DNA from: Acidimicrobiales bacterium
GTDB lineage: Bacteria > Actinomycetota > Acidimicrobiia > Acidimicrobiales > JACCXE01
NCBI GenBank assembly: GCA_035546775.1
Contig: DASZWD010000072.1
Span: 121,021-185,020 of the forward strand
Length of the DNA stretch: 64,000 nucleotides
Direction: 5' to 3'
Shown in pieces: positions 28,054-37,116 of the stretch; position 1 is the stretch's first letter, and the number at the start of each line of letters is the position of its first letter. The translations under genes were made by a program, and so were the position numbers. The notes below the pieces were generated by a model, which ran no database searches, had not been told where the DNA came from, and saw nothing but the letters and a program-made list of their open reading frames with translations.

Positions 28054-28583
28054 GCGTTGACCGCGAGCCGCGGGTCAGAAGTCAACAAATCGTCGAGGTG
28101 CGCGGCCACGGGCGCATCGGCGGCGGAGGTGCACGCCAGGTACGTGCGCACGATCACGGCGCGATGGCGTTCGAGCAAATGGTCGACGAGGCGGTTGAGG
28201 TCTTCGAGCGACGGCATGTCGAAGGACTCTTCGCCCAGGAACTCCGACGACTCGTGGTCGAGGCCGGCCGTCAACTCGGCCGCCATCTCGACCTGCTTCG
28301 TGGGCGACAGGCTGCGCAGGCGGGTCCGGATGAGCTTGCCCATTCCGCCCTTGACGAACTTCGGGTCGAGGCGCACGTTGAGGCGTTGCGTCAGGGCGTT
28401 GCGCACCTGCGGCGGTGCCGCCTTGAGGTGGTCGTTCAAGTCGTCGAGCGTGATGGCCTCGAGCGTCTCGGAGAGCCGCTCACGCCGTTCGGCCAGCACC
28501 TCGGGCGGCGACGGGACGTACTCGTCGTCGTGCTCGTGCTCGTGTTCGCAGTCTTCGTCGTGGACGTGATCGTGTTCGGTCAC
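28050..28583 (-). CDS. hypothetical protein with His/Asp/Glu-rich N-terminus
   Basis: 177-aa track ORF starting MTEHDHVHDEDCEHEHEHDDEY..., with G/C-ending codons throughout. Translationally coupled to the Mca ORF. No family recognised. Confidence 0.55.
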   Translation of the reverse strand: MTEHDHVHDEDCEHEHEHDDEYVPSPPEVLAERRERLSETLEAITLDDLNDHLKAAPPQVRNALTQRLNVRLDPKFVKGGMGKLIRTRLRSLSPTKQVEMAAELTAGLDHESSEFLGEESFDMPSLEDLNRLVDHLLERHRAVIVRTYLACTSAADAPVAAHLDDLLTSDPRLAVNA

Positions 28584-28648
28584 AGCAGAAGGTTACGTGG
28601 GGCGAGTGGCTCCCACAGAATGGCTGTCTTCTTGGGCGCTCCGCTTCG

Positions 28649-29866
28649 CTACGCGCCGCGAGGAATCTCCGACCAGGGAATGTCGCGGTCGTTCGCCGGT
28701 TCCTTGGGCAGGCCGAGCACCCGCTCGCCGAGGATGTTGCGCATGATCTCCGACGTGCCGCCCTCGATGGTGTTGGCCCGGCTGCGCAGGAACCCACGCA
28801 CGGCCGAGCCGTTGGTGGCGTCTTCCGGGCGCCACGCGGTGGCCGACGCGCCGAGCATGTCCATCGCGGTGGACTGCAGCCGCTTGTTGTACTCGGCCTG
28901 GAACAGCTTCGTGATCGAACCCTCGGGGCCAGGTCGCTTGCCACCCTTGCGCGCCGCGGCGGCGCGCAGGTTGGTGATCTTGTTCACGCGCCCTTCGACG
29001 AGGAGTTGCACGAGCTTGTTGCGCAAAACGGGGTCGCTCTCCCACTGCCCGCTGTCCTTGGCCTGACGGATCAGCGCGTCGACCGGGCCACCGCCGGTGT
29101 TGCCGCCGCTGACAGATCCCTCGCCCGACAGCGCGACGCGTTCGTTCATCAGGGTCTCGGTGGCGACGGCCCAGCCGTTGCCGACGTCGCCGACGCGCAT
29201 CGAGTCGGGAATGCGCACGTCGGTGAAGAACACCTCATTGAACTCGGCGTCACCCGTCATCTGCTTGAGCGGGCGCACCTCGACGCCGGGCGCGTGCATG
29301 TCGACGATGAAGTACGTCAGGCCCTTGTGCTTCGGCGCGTCGGGATCGGTGCGGGCGACGAGCATCCCCCAGCGCGCCATGTGCGCCATGGTCGTCCACA
29401 CCTTCTGGCCGTTGACGATCCACTCGTCGCCGTCGCGCACCGCCCGCGTCGCCAGCGTCGCCACGTCGGACCCGGCCGACGGCTCACTGAACAGCTGGCA
29501 CCAGATCTCCTTGTGCTGCGCCATCGGCGGCAGCAGCGTGCGCTTGATGTCCTCGCTCGCCCACTGCATCAGCGTCGGGCCGCCCATGCCGATGCCGATC
29601 ACGTTGAAACTGCGCGGCACCTTGTAGCGCGCCAACTCTTCCATGACGACGCGGGCGCCTTCGGGATCGAGCCCGCCCCCGCCGTACTCCTTGGGCCACG
29701 TGGGCGTGGCGTAACCCGCCTCACCGAGGCGGGCGCACCAATCGTTGTATTCGACCTTCTTCCGCCCCTCGGCCAGCTTGGCCGCGTCGTTGTTTTCGAT
29801 GCCCTCGACCCACTCGGCGGGGAGGTTGGCGTGCAGCCAGCCGACGACTTCTTCACGGACACTCAT
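28649..29866 (-). CDS. acyl-CoA dehydrogenase
   Basis: ATG 29866 (MSVREEVVGWL...). WCQLFSEPSAGSD and C-terminal TIEGGTSEIMRNILGE are ACAD patterns. The track start 29953 adds a junk-like 29 aa. Confidence 0.9.
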   Translation of the reverse strand: MSVREEVVGWLHANLPAEWVEGIENNDAAKLAEGRKKVEYNDWCARLGEAGYATPTWPKEYGGGGLDPEGARVVMEELARYKVPRSFNVIGIGMGGPTLMQWASEDIKRTLLPPMAQHKEIWCQLFSEPSAGSDVATLATRAVRDGDEWIVNGQKVWTTMAHMARWGMLVARTDPDAPKHKGLTYFIVDMHAPGVEVRPLKQMTGDAEFNEVFFTDVRIPDSMRVGDVGNGWAVATETLMNERVALSGEGSVSGGNTGGGPVDALIRQAKDSGQWESDPVLRNKLVQLLVEGRVNKITNLRAAAARKGGKRPGPEGSITKLFQAEYNKRLQSTAMDMLGASATAWRPEDATNGSAVRGFLRSRANTIEGGTSEIMRNILGERVLGLPKEPANDRDIPWSEIPRGA

Positions 29867-29897
29867 ACGAGCGCGGACCTTACGCGAAACTGCTGTC

Positions 29898-30683
29898 GTG
29901 ACGGAGTTCGACGACGACACGGCGCTCACGCCTTCTAGCGACGGCGTGTTCACCGGCGCGGTAACCGATCGGTGGATGATCGGCGGCGGGCCGAACGGCG
30001 GCTACATCGCGTCGTTCCTGATGCGCGGCCTGATGGCGGTGTCGCCCCAACCCCATGCCCTGTCGCTCACGACCCACTATGTCGGCCGACCCGAGCCGGG
30101 GCCCTGCGAGGTCCGCGTCGGCATTACGAGCGCGACGAAAAGCCATGCGTTCATGGACGCGTCGCTGTCGCAGGGCGGCACCATCCGGGCCCACTGCATC
30201 GCCGTGTTCGGCCAGCGACGCGACGACCAACCCGTCGACATCCTCCGCACGTCGCCCGCCACAAGCGAGCCCGGTGTGGGAATGCCGCGTGAGTCGCTGG
30301 CGGGCAGCCCCTTCCCGATGAGCTTCCTCGACCGCTTCGACTATCGCGACCCATCGGCGACCGACATGTTCGCGGTGAGCGACGGGCCGGCGCGCGTGGG
30401 GGGCTGGACCCGGCTCGTCGACCGCGAGCTCGACGAGCTGGCGGTGCCGCTGTTCTGCGACTGCTGGCCTCCGCCGATGTTCCGCCGCCACGGCCCGGGC
30501 ATGGCGCCCACAATCGAACTGACCGTGCACTTCCGCCACCAGCCCGAGCCCGGATGGACCTGGTGCACATTTGAGAGTCAGACGCTCGCCGGCGGGTACG
30601 TGGAAGAAGACGGCGAGATCTGGTCCGAGTCAGGCGTGCTCATCGCCCAGAGTCGGCAGCTGTCGCGCTTCAGCGTCTTCTAG
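29898..30683 (+). CDS. thioesterase-like superfamily protein (acyl-CoA thioesterase-like)
   Basis: GTG 29898. MIGGGPNGGYIASFLMRGL is typical of the 4HBT_3/TesB-like family. Divergent from the ACAD gene across 31 nt. Confidence 0.72.
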   Translation: MTEFDDDTALTPSSDGVFTGAVTDRWMIGGGPNGGYIASFLMRGLMAVSPQPHALSLTTHYVGRPEPGPCEVRVGITSATKSHAFMDASLSQGGTIRAHCIAVFGQRRDDQPVDILRTSPATSEPGVGMPRESLAGSPFPMSFLDRFDYRDPSATDMFAVSDGPARVGGWTRLVDRELDELAVPLFCDCWPPPMFRRHGPGMAPTIELTVHFRHQPEPGWTWCTFESQTLAGGYVEEDGEIWSESGVLIAQSRQLSRFSVF

Positions 30684-30693
30684 GTTCGCGACC

Positions 30694-31596
30694 ATGCCGG
30701 TGCGTGAGCTGCTCGACGAGTCGAAGGTCTGCTGGATCGACGTCGTCGACGCGACGCCCGACGAGATCGCACAGCTCGCGTCGAGGTACCACCTCGACGC
30801 GATGGCGGTCGAGGACATCAGCGAGCCGGGCCAGCGCCCGAAGCTCGAGCTGTACCCGCACCACGCGTTCCTCGTCGCCTACGCCGCCAACCTCGCCGAG
30901 GTCGACGTGTTCATCGGCGACGACTGGGTCATCACGGTGCGCGAGCGCAACCGCAACGGCGACGTGTGGGAGCCGACGCCGGCGCGCACGCGCTGCGACC
31001 GCGTCGAACCCGGCGCGCGCGGGACCGGCATCGTGGTGCACGCCATTCTCGACGAGATCGTCGACGGGTACTTCGACCGCCTCGACGCCGTCGAGGACCG
31101 CATCGAAGACCTCGAGAACGACGTGTTCGAGCCGCCCCGCGGCATGACCGAGACGCAGATCCAGCAGCGGCTCTTCGACATCCGCCACGAGCTCGTCGCG
31201 TTCCGCCGCAAAGTCATCCCGCTGCGCGAGGTGCTCGCCGCGCTGCTGCGCGGCGAGGTGCCGGCGTTGACCGGCCCGCTCCTGCCGCTGCTGCAGGACG
31301 TGTTCGACCATCTGCTGCGCGCCGTCGACACCATCGACAGCCATCGCGAGCTCATGGGCAACGCCGTCGACGCCCACCTCGCGATCATCTCGAACCGCAT
31401 GAACGAAGTGATGAAGCTCATGACTTCTTGGGGCGCCATCCTTCTCGGGTCGACGCTCGTGGCCGGCATCTACGGCATGAACTTCCTGCACATGCCCGAA
31501 CTCCAGTGGCGCTACGGGTACGCGTACGCGCTCGGCCTCATGCTGACCATCACCGTCCTCGGCTACTGGTACTTCCGCCGCCGCGACTGGTTGTGA
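30694..31596 (+). CDS. corA: CorA family magnesium/cobalt transporter
   Basis: ATG 30694 (MPVRELLDESKVCWIDV...), two C-terminal TM helices and the GIYGMNF signature. The track start 30571 is too early. Confidence 0.9.
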   Translation: MPVRELLDESKVCWIDVVDATPDEIAQLASRYHLDAMAVEDISEPGQRPKLELYPHHAFLVAYAANLAEVDVFIGDDWVITVRERNRNGDVWEPTPARTRCDRVEPGARGTGIVVHAILDEIVDGYFDRLDAVEDRIEDLENDVFEPPRGMTETQIQQRLFDIRHELVAFRRKVIPLREVLAALLRGEVPALTGPLLPLLQDVFDHLLRAVDTIDSHRELMGNAVDAHLAIISNRMNEVMKLMTSWGAILLGSTLVAGIYGMNFLHMPELQWRYGYAYALGLMLTITVLGYWYFRRRDWL

Positions 31597-32351
31597 CCCG
31601 CACTCTGCGCTCGGCCAACGCCGAGTTCCAGGTGCTGCGGGCGCTGGCGGCGAACCGCCAGACGCGCAACCGCGAGAACGCGTTCGTCGTGCAGGGGGTG
31701 CGCAACATCGACGCGGCGCGGGCGCACGGCTGGACGGTGCGGATGGCGCTGACGCCGATGGGTGGGTCGCGCTCGACCTGGGCCGACGGTGTCGTGGCCG
31801 GCGTCGAGGACCACGTCGAGCTGGCGCCGTCGCTGTTCGACGAACTCGCCGAGCGCGAGGAGCGTCCCGAACTGCTGCTCGTAGTCGAGAAGCGACGCGT
31901 CTCCCTGGACGGTGTCGTGCTGGCAACGGTGCTCGACCGCCCGTCGAGCCCCGGCAACATCGGCACGATCATCCGCACCGCCGACGCGCTCGGCGGTGAC
32001 GCGGTGATCGTCATCGGCCACGGCGCCGATCCCTACGACCCGCGCGCCGTGCGGGCATCGACCGGTTCGTTCTTTGCCGTACCGGTGGTCGAGGCGCCCA
32101 ACGCCGACGCTCTCGGCGAACTCGGCGTCACCCTCGTGGCCACCGACGAGCACGGCGACACGCCCCTCGATCAGCTCCCCGCCGGACCGCTGGCGTTGCT
32201 GTTCGGCAACGAGACGACGGGGCTGAGCCGTGCGCTGCGCGAGGCCGCAGCCGTCACCGTGGCGATTCCGATGACGGGCACGGCGTCGTCGCTCAACGTG
32301 GCGGCGGCGCACGCCATCGTGTTACACGCCGCTAGTACCCGACGGGGATGA
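31593..32351 (+). CDS. TrmH/SpoU family RNA 2'-O-methyltransferase
   Basis: GTG 31593 overlaps the corA stop (GTGA). SpoU motifs PGNIGTIIRTADALG, LLFGNETTGLS, IPMTGTASSLNVAAAHAIVL. Confidence 0.85.
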   Translation: MTRTLRSANAEFQVLRALAANRQTRNRENAFVVQGVRNIDAARAHGWTVRMALTPMGGSRSTWADGVVAGVEDHVELAPSLFDELAEREERPELLLVVEKRRVSLDGVVLATVLDRPSSPGNIGTIIRTADALGGDAVIVIGHGADPYDPRAVRASTGSFFAVPVVEAPNADALGELGVTLVATDEHGDTPLDQLPAGPLALLFGNETTGLSRALREAAAVTVAIPMTGTASSLNVAAAHAIVLHAASTRRG

Positions 32352-33561
32352 GTTCGTCGGCGCCGGTCTCGTCGTCTTCGATCAGCTCGTAGCCGCACAG
32401 CTGCGCCAGGAGGGTGTGGCCCTCGTCCGGACCGGTCGCGATCAGCTCGTCGCCCACCTGGAGCACGACCTCCTTGCGCGGCCGGTACAAATAACGGCTG
32501 TCGCGCCGGATGGCGAGCAGGTAGAAGCCGGTCTCAGTCTCGAGGCGCAGCGAGCCCAGCGACGCGCCCTCGGCGGTTGACCCGGCGGCCACCGGCACCC
32601 GCACGACGACCTCATCAGAGTCACCGAACGCGACACCGAGAATCGGGTGCAACTCTTCCCCCTCGGTGACGAGACGCACCATGCTCTGGGCCGCGCCGGT
32701 GACGACTTCGGCCGCCTGGGCGAGGTGCAGCAAGCCCCGCAGCGGCGACGGATCGATCTGGCCGTCGGCCGACCGCAGCACCCACAGCTCGAGGCGCTCC
32801 TTCATGTCGTCGACGCGATCTTCGAGGTGGTCGACTTCGGCGGCGAGGCCGCGGTCGCGCAGCACCAGCGCCGAATACGCCAGACCGACGGCGACCTCGG
32901 ACAGGTTCTTCATCTCGACCAGCACGTCGATGGCGCGGTCGAGGTCGGAGGGGACTTCTTCGGCACTCGCCTCCGGCGGTTCGTAGTTCGGGGCACCGGC
33001 CATGGCGCGCAGCCGTGGGATTCCGGCCGACGCGCCTTGAGTGAACACCACATCCCCCGGCACGAGCACGACGTCGCCGTCGATGTCGGTCATCCAGTCG
33101 CGCACACGCCGGATCGCCACGACGCGCATGCCGCAGACCGTCGGCAGCTCGAGATCGCACAGTGGGCGGTGCGCCATGTGCGAGCCGTCGCGCACCCGCA
33201 CCCGGTGGGACACCTCTTCGGCTGCCGAGAGATCGGCGACGAGGGCCCGCGGGATCCCGAGGCGGCGCGTGACAATGGCGCCGATGTCGACGGCCGCGCC
33301 GCCGACGCGCTCGATGGCGCTGATGACCGACAGCACGCTGGCCATTGCTTCGGCGTCGCGAGGCGAACGGGCGGCGATGACGGCGGTGGCGCGGCCCTGC
33401 TGGGCGAGCTCGGCGAGCCGATCCTCCAGTTCGTCGACCTCGTCGGCCATGCCCGGGTCGCCGAAGTAGAGCGCGGCGTACGCCAGGTCGACCATCAGCT
33501 CCGAGGTGTCTTTCGCCTCGGACAGCAGGGTCCGCAGATTGCGGGGTTTATCGGTGTCCAT
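32332..33561 (-). CDS. cytoplasmic regulatory protein with two PhoU-like + TrkA-C (RCK_C) repeats
   Basis: 409 aa with internal duplication. (SELMVDLAYAALYFGD...EVDELEDRLAEL...then VRVRDGSHMAHRPLCDLELP...GDVVFTQG) is repeated as (SEVAVGLAYSALVLRD...EVDHLEDRVDDM...then VRVPVAAGSTAEGASLGSLRLE...GDELIATG). Confidence 0.7.
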   Translation of the reverse strand: MDTDKPRNLRTLLSEAKDTSELMVDLAYAALYFGDPGMADEVDELEDRLAELAQQGRATAVIAARSPRDAEAMASVLSVISAIERVGGAAVDIGAIVTRRLGIPRALVADLSAAEEVSHRVRVRDGSHMAHRPLCDLELPTVCGMRVVAIRRVRDWMTDIDGDVVLVPGDVVFTQGASAGIPRLRAMAGAPNYEPPEASAEEVPSDLDRAIDVLVEMKNLSEVAVGLAYSALVLRDRGLAAEVDHLEDRVDDMKERLELWVLRSADGQIDPSPLRGLLHLAQAAEVVTGAAQSMVRLVTEGEELHPILGVAFGDSDEVVVRVPVAAGSTAEGASLGSLRLETETGFYLLAIRRDSRYLYRPRKEVVLQVGDELIATGPDEGHTLLAQLCGYELIEDDETGADELIPVGY

Positions 33562-33576
33562 ATGTCGCGTTCAGCC

Positions 33577-34800
33577 TCATGAATGTACGCCAAAAAGGAG
33601 CAGGGCCAAGATGAGTGCCATCGCGCCGACCAGATCCATCGAGGACGTGATCAGCGGAATGCCGTGATTGTCGGGGTCGAACCCGAACCGGTACGTGACA
33701 ACGCTGCCGTAATAGGCGATCAGCGTCGCCACCAGCGTCGAGAGGAACCCGCCGACGAGTGACACCGCCACCATGCGCAGCGACCCCGGGCTGGCGAGAT
33801 GTAGCACGAAGGCCACGAGGTCAGACGACAGCGCGACGAACACGAACGTCGGGACGGCGAAGACGAACGCCATGGCCATGTCGTCGCGCGCCGACCGGTT
33901 GGGCACGAGCTCGCTGGTGACGGTACCGAGGTGCAGCTTGCTCGCCAGGCGGCTGGCGACGATGCCGCCGAGCGCGCCGGTGTCTTCGAGGAACGGCGGG
34001 ATGAGCACGAGCAGCGCCGGGAATGCGCTGAAGGCGTCGAGCCGCTTCTGGATCGTGAGCCCGGCGACGAGGTCGATGGTGCCGGCGATGAGGAGGATCG
34101 GCAGCGACTCGACGACGACACGCCGCATGATCGGCAGCTTCGTTCGCCACGCCGAGAACGCGCCGGCGAGGGCGATAACGGCGAGCACCGGCGCCAACGT
34201 GTTGGTGACCGCCCCGTGGCCGACGAGCAGGCTCGCCAGTACGAGCGCCGGCAACGTGACGATGTCGCCCGCAGCGGTGACGAGCGGTGCGGCGACGTTG
34301 TCCATGTCCCAGCCGCGGTTGGCCGCCTGCGCGGAGACCGCCAACGTGAGCGCCAACACGACGATCGACGACAGCACGCCGCCGATCACCGAGACCACGA
34401 CGTAGTCGGCAACGGTGATGGTGTGCTCACCAAAGACCGAGCCGACGGCTTGGGCGAGCACCGCCAGCGCCACCGACAGCAGCAGCGTGAGCGCCACGGC
34501 CGCCAGCACGTTCTGACCGACGAGCGTGTCGCGCCGGCGCGTGAGCGTGAAGGTACCGGTGTGGATCGACGTCCCCAGGCGGCTGCCGAGGGCGCCGAAG
34601 ATGTTGCCGCGCATGCCGATGGCCGCGGGGACGAGGATCAGCAGACCGGGAAGGCGTTCGAGGGTGTGGGTGGCGGAGCCGAGCGTGACGCCGGCGATCA
34701 GATCACCGAGCGACGAAACTGCGAGCGCGGAGACGCCCTGACGCAGCCCGGCTGCGTCGGTAACCAGAGTCGACCAGAAGCGTGTGAACGCGCGCTTCAC
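33577..34800 (-). CDS. tandem MgtE-transmembrane-domain divalent cation transporter (SLC41-like, no cytosolic MgtE_N/CBS domain)
   Basis: Two MgtE TM repeats: PGLLILVPAAIGMRGNIFGALGSRL...GWDMDNVAAPLVTAAGDIVTLP and PALLVLIPPFLEDTGALGGIVASRL...GFDPDNHGIPLITSSMDLVGA. GTG 34800 has GGGGAG upstream; the track start 34902 is too early. Confidence 0.8.
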   Translation of the reverse strand: MKRAFTRFWSTLVTDAAGLRQGVSALAVSSLGDLIAGVTLGSATHTLERLPGLLILVPAAIGMRGNIFGALGSRLGTSIHTGTFTLTRRRDTLVGQNVLAAVALTLLLSVALAVLAQAVGSVFGEHTITVADYVVVSVIGGVLSSIVVLALTLAVSAQAANRGWDMDNVAAPLVTAAGDIVTLPALVLASLLVGHGAVTNTLAPVLAVIALAGAFSAWRTKLPIMRRVVVESLPILLIAGTIDLVAGLTIQKRLDAFSAFPALLVLIPPFLEDTGALGGIVASRLASKLHLGTVTSELVPNRSARDDMAMAFVFAVPTFVFVALSSDLVAFVLHLASPGSLRMVAVSLVGGFLSTLVATLIAYYGSVVTYRFGFDPDNHGIPLITSSMDLVGAMALILALLLFGVHS

Positions 34801-34900
34801 GACTCGGAGGCTCCCCGTGGATCCGCATGCGGGCAAGGTTACCCTCGCGCCCACCCAGCCCACCCGGCATCTTCGGGTCGCCTCGCTACGCTCGGCTCCC

Positions 34901-36520
34901 ATGTCTGATTTCGACGCGTTGGTTGACGAGTGGATCGACTACGAGCTGTCCGAAGTACCGGTCCGCGCCACGCAACTCGGTATCGACGGTCACAACGAGC
35001 TGCTCGGCGACTTCAGCGAGGCAGCGCACGCACGGCGCGACGTCGCCGACGACGAGTGGTTGGCGCGCGTGCAGCAGATCGACGAGTCGACGCTCACCTT
35101 CGACCAACGCATCGACCGGGTCCTGCTCGAGTCGACGCTCACCGGCCGCAAGATCAACCGCACATGGACGGGATGGCGGCGCGATCCGGGGAGCTACCCG
35201 AACGTCGGGCTGCAGGGCGTGTTCGCGCTGTTCTTGCACCGCGTCCATCCCGAGCCGGACCTGGCGCGCTTCGCCATCGCGCGGATGCAGGCGTTGCCCG
35301 CGGTCCTCGAGGACGCCAAGCGCAACATCGACCCTGACCTCGTGCCGCCGCTGTTCGTCGAGCGCGCCGTCGGCCCGTGCCGAGCGGGCATCGGTTACTT
35401 CCGTGACCTCGTGCCCGCCGAGATCGGCGACGAGAAGCTGCGCGCCGAAGTCGCCGAAGCCGGCGACGCAGCCGCAGCCGCGCTCGAGGGCTATCTGCGC
35501 TGGCTCGACGAGCTCGCACCCAAGGCGCAGGGCGATTGGGTGTACGGCGAGATGCGGTACAGCGCGCTGCTGCAGGAAAAGGAAGTACTCGGGTTCAACA
35601 CCGAGGGACTCAACGCCCTCGGCCACAGCGCGTTCGACACCGTCGAGGTGGAGCTTGCCGAGGTGGCCAAGCGCATCGACGCGACCAGCGATTGGCGCAC
35701 CATCAACAAGAACCTGACGCAGCAGCATCCGGCGTCCCCCGAAGACATGCGCGCCCGCTACGAAGCGTGCACCGCGCAGGCGCGCCAGTTCCTCGTCGAC
35801 CGCGGCCTCGTCACGCTGGCCGACGGCGAGGAGTGCATCGTCGAGCCGTCGCCTCCGTTTCAGCGGCCGATTCTCGCCGTCGCCTCCTACGCCACTCCCC
35901 CGGCGTTCAAGCCGACCCTCACCGGACACTTCTTCGTGCCCTTCCCGCCCGACGGCACGCCCGCGGACCAGGTCCAGCAGCGACTGGCGACCAACAGCTT
36001 CCACTCGATCCCCACGATCACCGCGCACGAGGCCTATCCCGGGCACCACTGGCACCTCACGTGGATGCAGGGCAATCCGCGGCCGTTGCGCAAGATGCTC
36101 ACCACGCCGTACTTCTCCGAAGGCTGGGGTCTCTACGCCGAGCGCGTGATGTACGAGAACGGCTTCTTCGCAAGCGACGCCGAGGTCCTCGGCCACCTCG
36201 ACGCCCGCATCTTCCGGGCGGCGCGCATCATCGTCGACACGTCGCTGCACACCGGGTCGATGACCTTCGGCCAGGCAGTGGAGTTCATGACTGCGAATAC
36301 GTCGTTGTCACCGGCGACGGCCGTCGCCGAAGTGAAGCGCTACTGCGCCTGGCCGACGCAGGCGGCCTCGTATCTCACCGGTTGCCTGGAGATCGAGCGC
36401 ATCCGGCAACGGTTCCTCGACGCCGGCCGCGGTGACCTACGCGACTTTCACAACCGCCTCGCGGGGTCGGGCGCGCTGCCGATCGGGCTCGCCGAACGCG
36501 CCGTAATGGAATCGACCTGA
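34901..36520 (+). CDS. DUF885 family protein
   Basis: ATG 34901 (MSDFDALVDEWIDYELSE...). HEAYPGHHWH and the overall pattern are typical of DUF885. 539 aa. Confidence 0.8.
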   Translation: MSDFDALVDEWIDYELSEVPVRATQLGIDGHNELLGDFSEAAHARRDVADDEWLARVQQIDESTLTFDQRIDRVLLESTLTGRKINRTWTGWRRDPGSYPNVGLQGVFALFLHRVHPEPDLARFAIARMQALPAVLEDAKRNIDPDLVPPLFVERAVGPCRAGIGYFRDLVPAEIGDEKLRAEVAEAGDAAAAALEGYLRWLDELAPKAQGDWVYGEMRYSALLQEKEVLGFNTEGLNALGHSAFDTVEVELAEVAKRIDATSDWRTINKNLTQQHPASPEDMRARYEACTAQARQFLVDRGLVTLADGEECIVEPSPPFQRPILAVASYATPPAFKPTLTGHFFVPFPPDGTPADQVQQRLATNSFHSIPTITAHEAYPGHHWHLTWMQGNPRPLRKMLTTPYFSEGWGLYAERVMYENGFFASDAEVLGHLDARIFRAARIIVDTSLHTGSMTFGQAVEFMTANTSLSPATAVAEVKRYCAWPTQAASYLTGCLEIERIRQRFLDAGRGDLRDFHNRLAGSGALPIGLAERAVMEST

Positions 36521-36624
36521 CCGACGCCCTCACCCTCCTGGTACTCGCCTTCATCGGCTATCGCATCTTCGGCGGCGCGCGCCTGCTCGGTCGGCCCGAA
36601 GTACGCGCCCATGTCGGCGACATC

Positions 36625-37116
36625 GTGCGCGGGTTGCGCTTCCGCCACTTCGCGCTGGCGTGGCCCGTGCTGTTCGTCGTGCTGCTCGTTGCCAGCGTGC
36701 TGCTGCTCGTACCCGGCTTGTCGTGGGGGTGGTGGAGCGCGATCGGTGGCGTCGGCACACCGGTGTTCGGTGTGTCCAACAACACCGCCGGTAGCCCGCT
36801 CGAGTGGGTCATCCCGGCGCTGTTCGCCGTCATGCTCATTCCTGCGCTGCCGCTGTTCGCCGAGGCCGAGGAGCGCATGTTCCGCCTCGGCGCCGAGCAG
36901 TGGTCGAACGGACGACGCGTCCGGCGTGCCGTCGAGTTCGGGTTGGCGCACGCGCTGATCGGTATCCCGATCGGCGTCGCGCTCGCGTTGTCCATCGGCG
37001 GGCTGTACTTCACGTGGGCCTACCTGCGCGGCGGCGTGCCCGAAAGCACGCGCGCCCACCTCGCCTACAACCTCACGATCGTGTTCATCATCGCGGTGGC
37101 GCTACTTGCCGGCTAG
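36625..37116 (+). CDS. CPBP family intramembrane glutamic endopeptidase
   Basis: EAEERMFRLG (EExxxR), EFGLAHALIG (FxxxH) and RAHLAYNLTIV (HxxxN/D) motifs. The in-frame upstream sequence from 36517 encodes another hydrophobic helix but has no ATG or GTG, so the N-terminus may be longer. Confidence 0.7.
   Translation: MRGLRFRHFALAWPVLFVVLLVASVLLLVPGLSWGWWSAIGGVGTPVFGVSNNTAGSPLEWVIPALFAVMLIPALPLFAEAEERMFRLGAEQWSNGRRVRRAVEFGLAHALIGIPIGVALALSIGGLYFTWAYLRGGVPESTRAHLAYNLTIVFIIAVALLAG

Noticed and set aside
28521-28583. A short GTGCTC/GTCGTC-type repetitive stretch considered as a microsatellite or tandem repeat.
   Set aside because: It is simply the codon pattern of the His/Asp/Glu-rich N-terminus (HDHVHDEDCEHEHEHDDE) of the 28050..28583 ORF. 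There is no repeat unit array beyond two copies.
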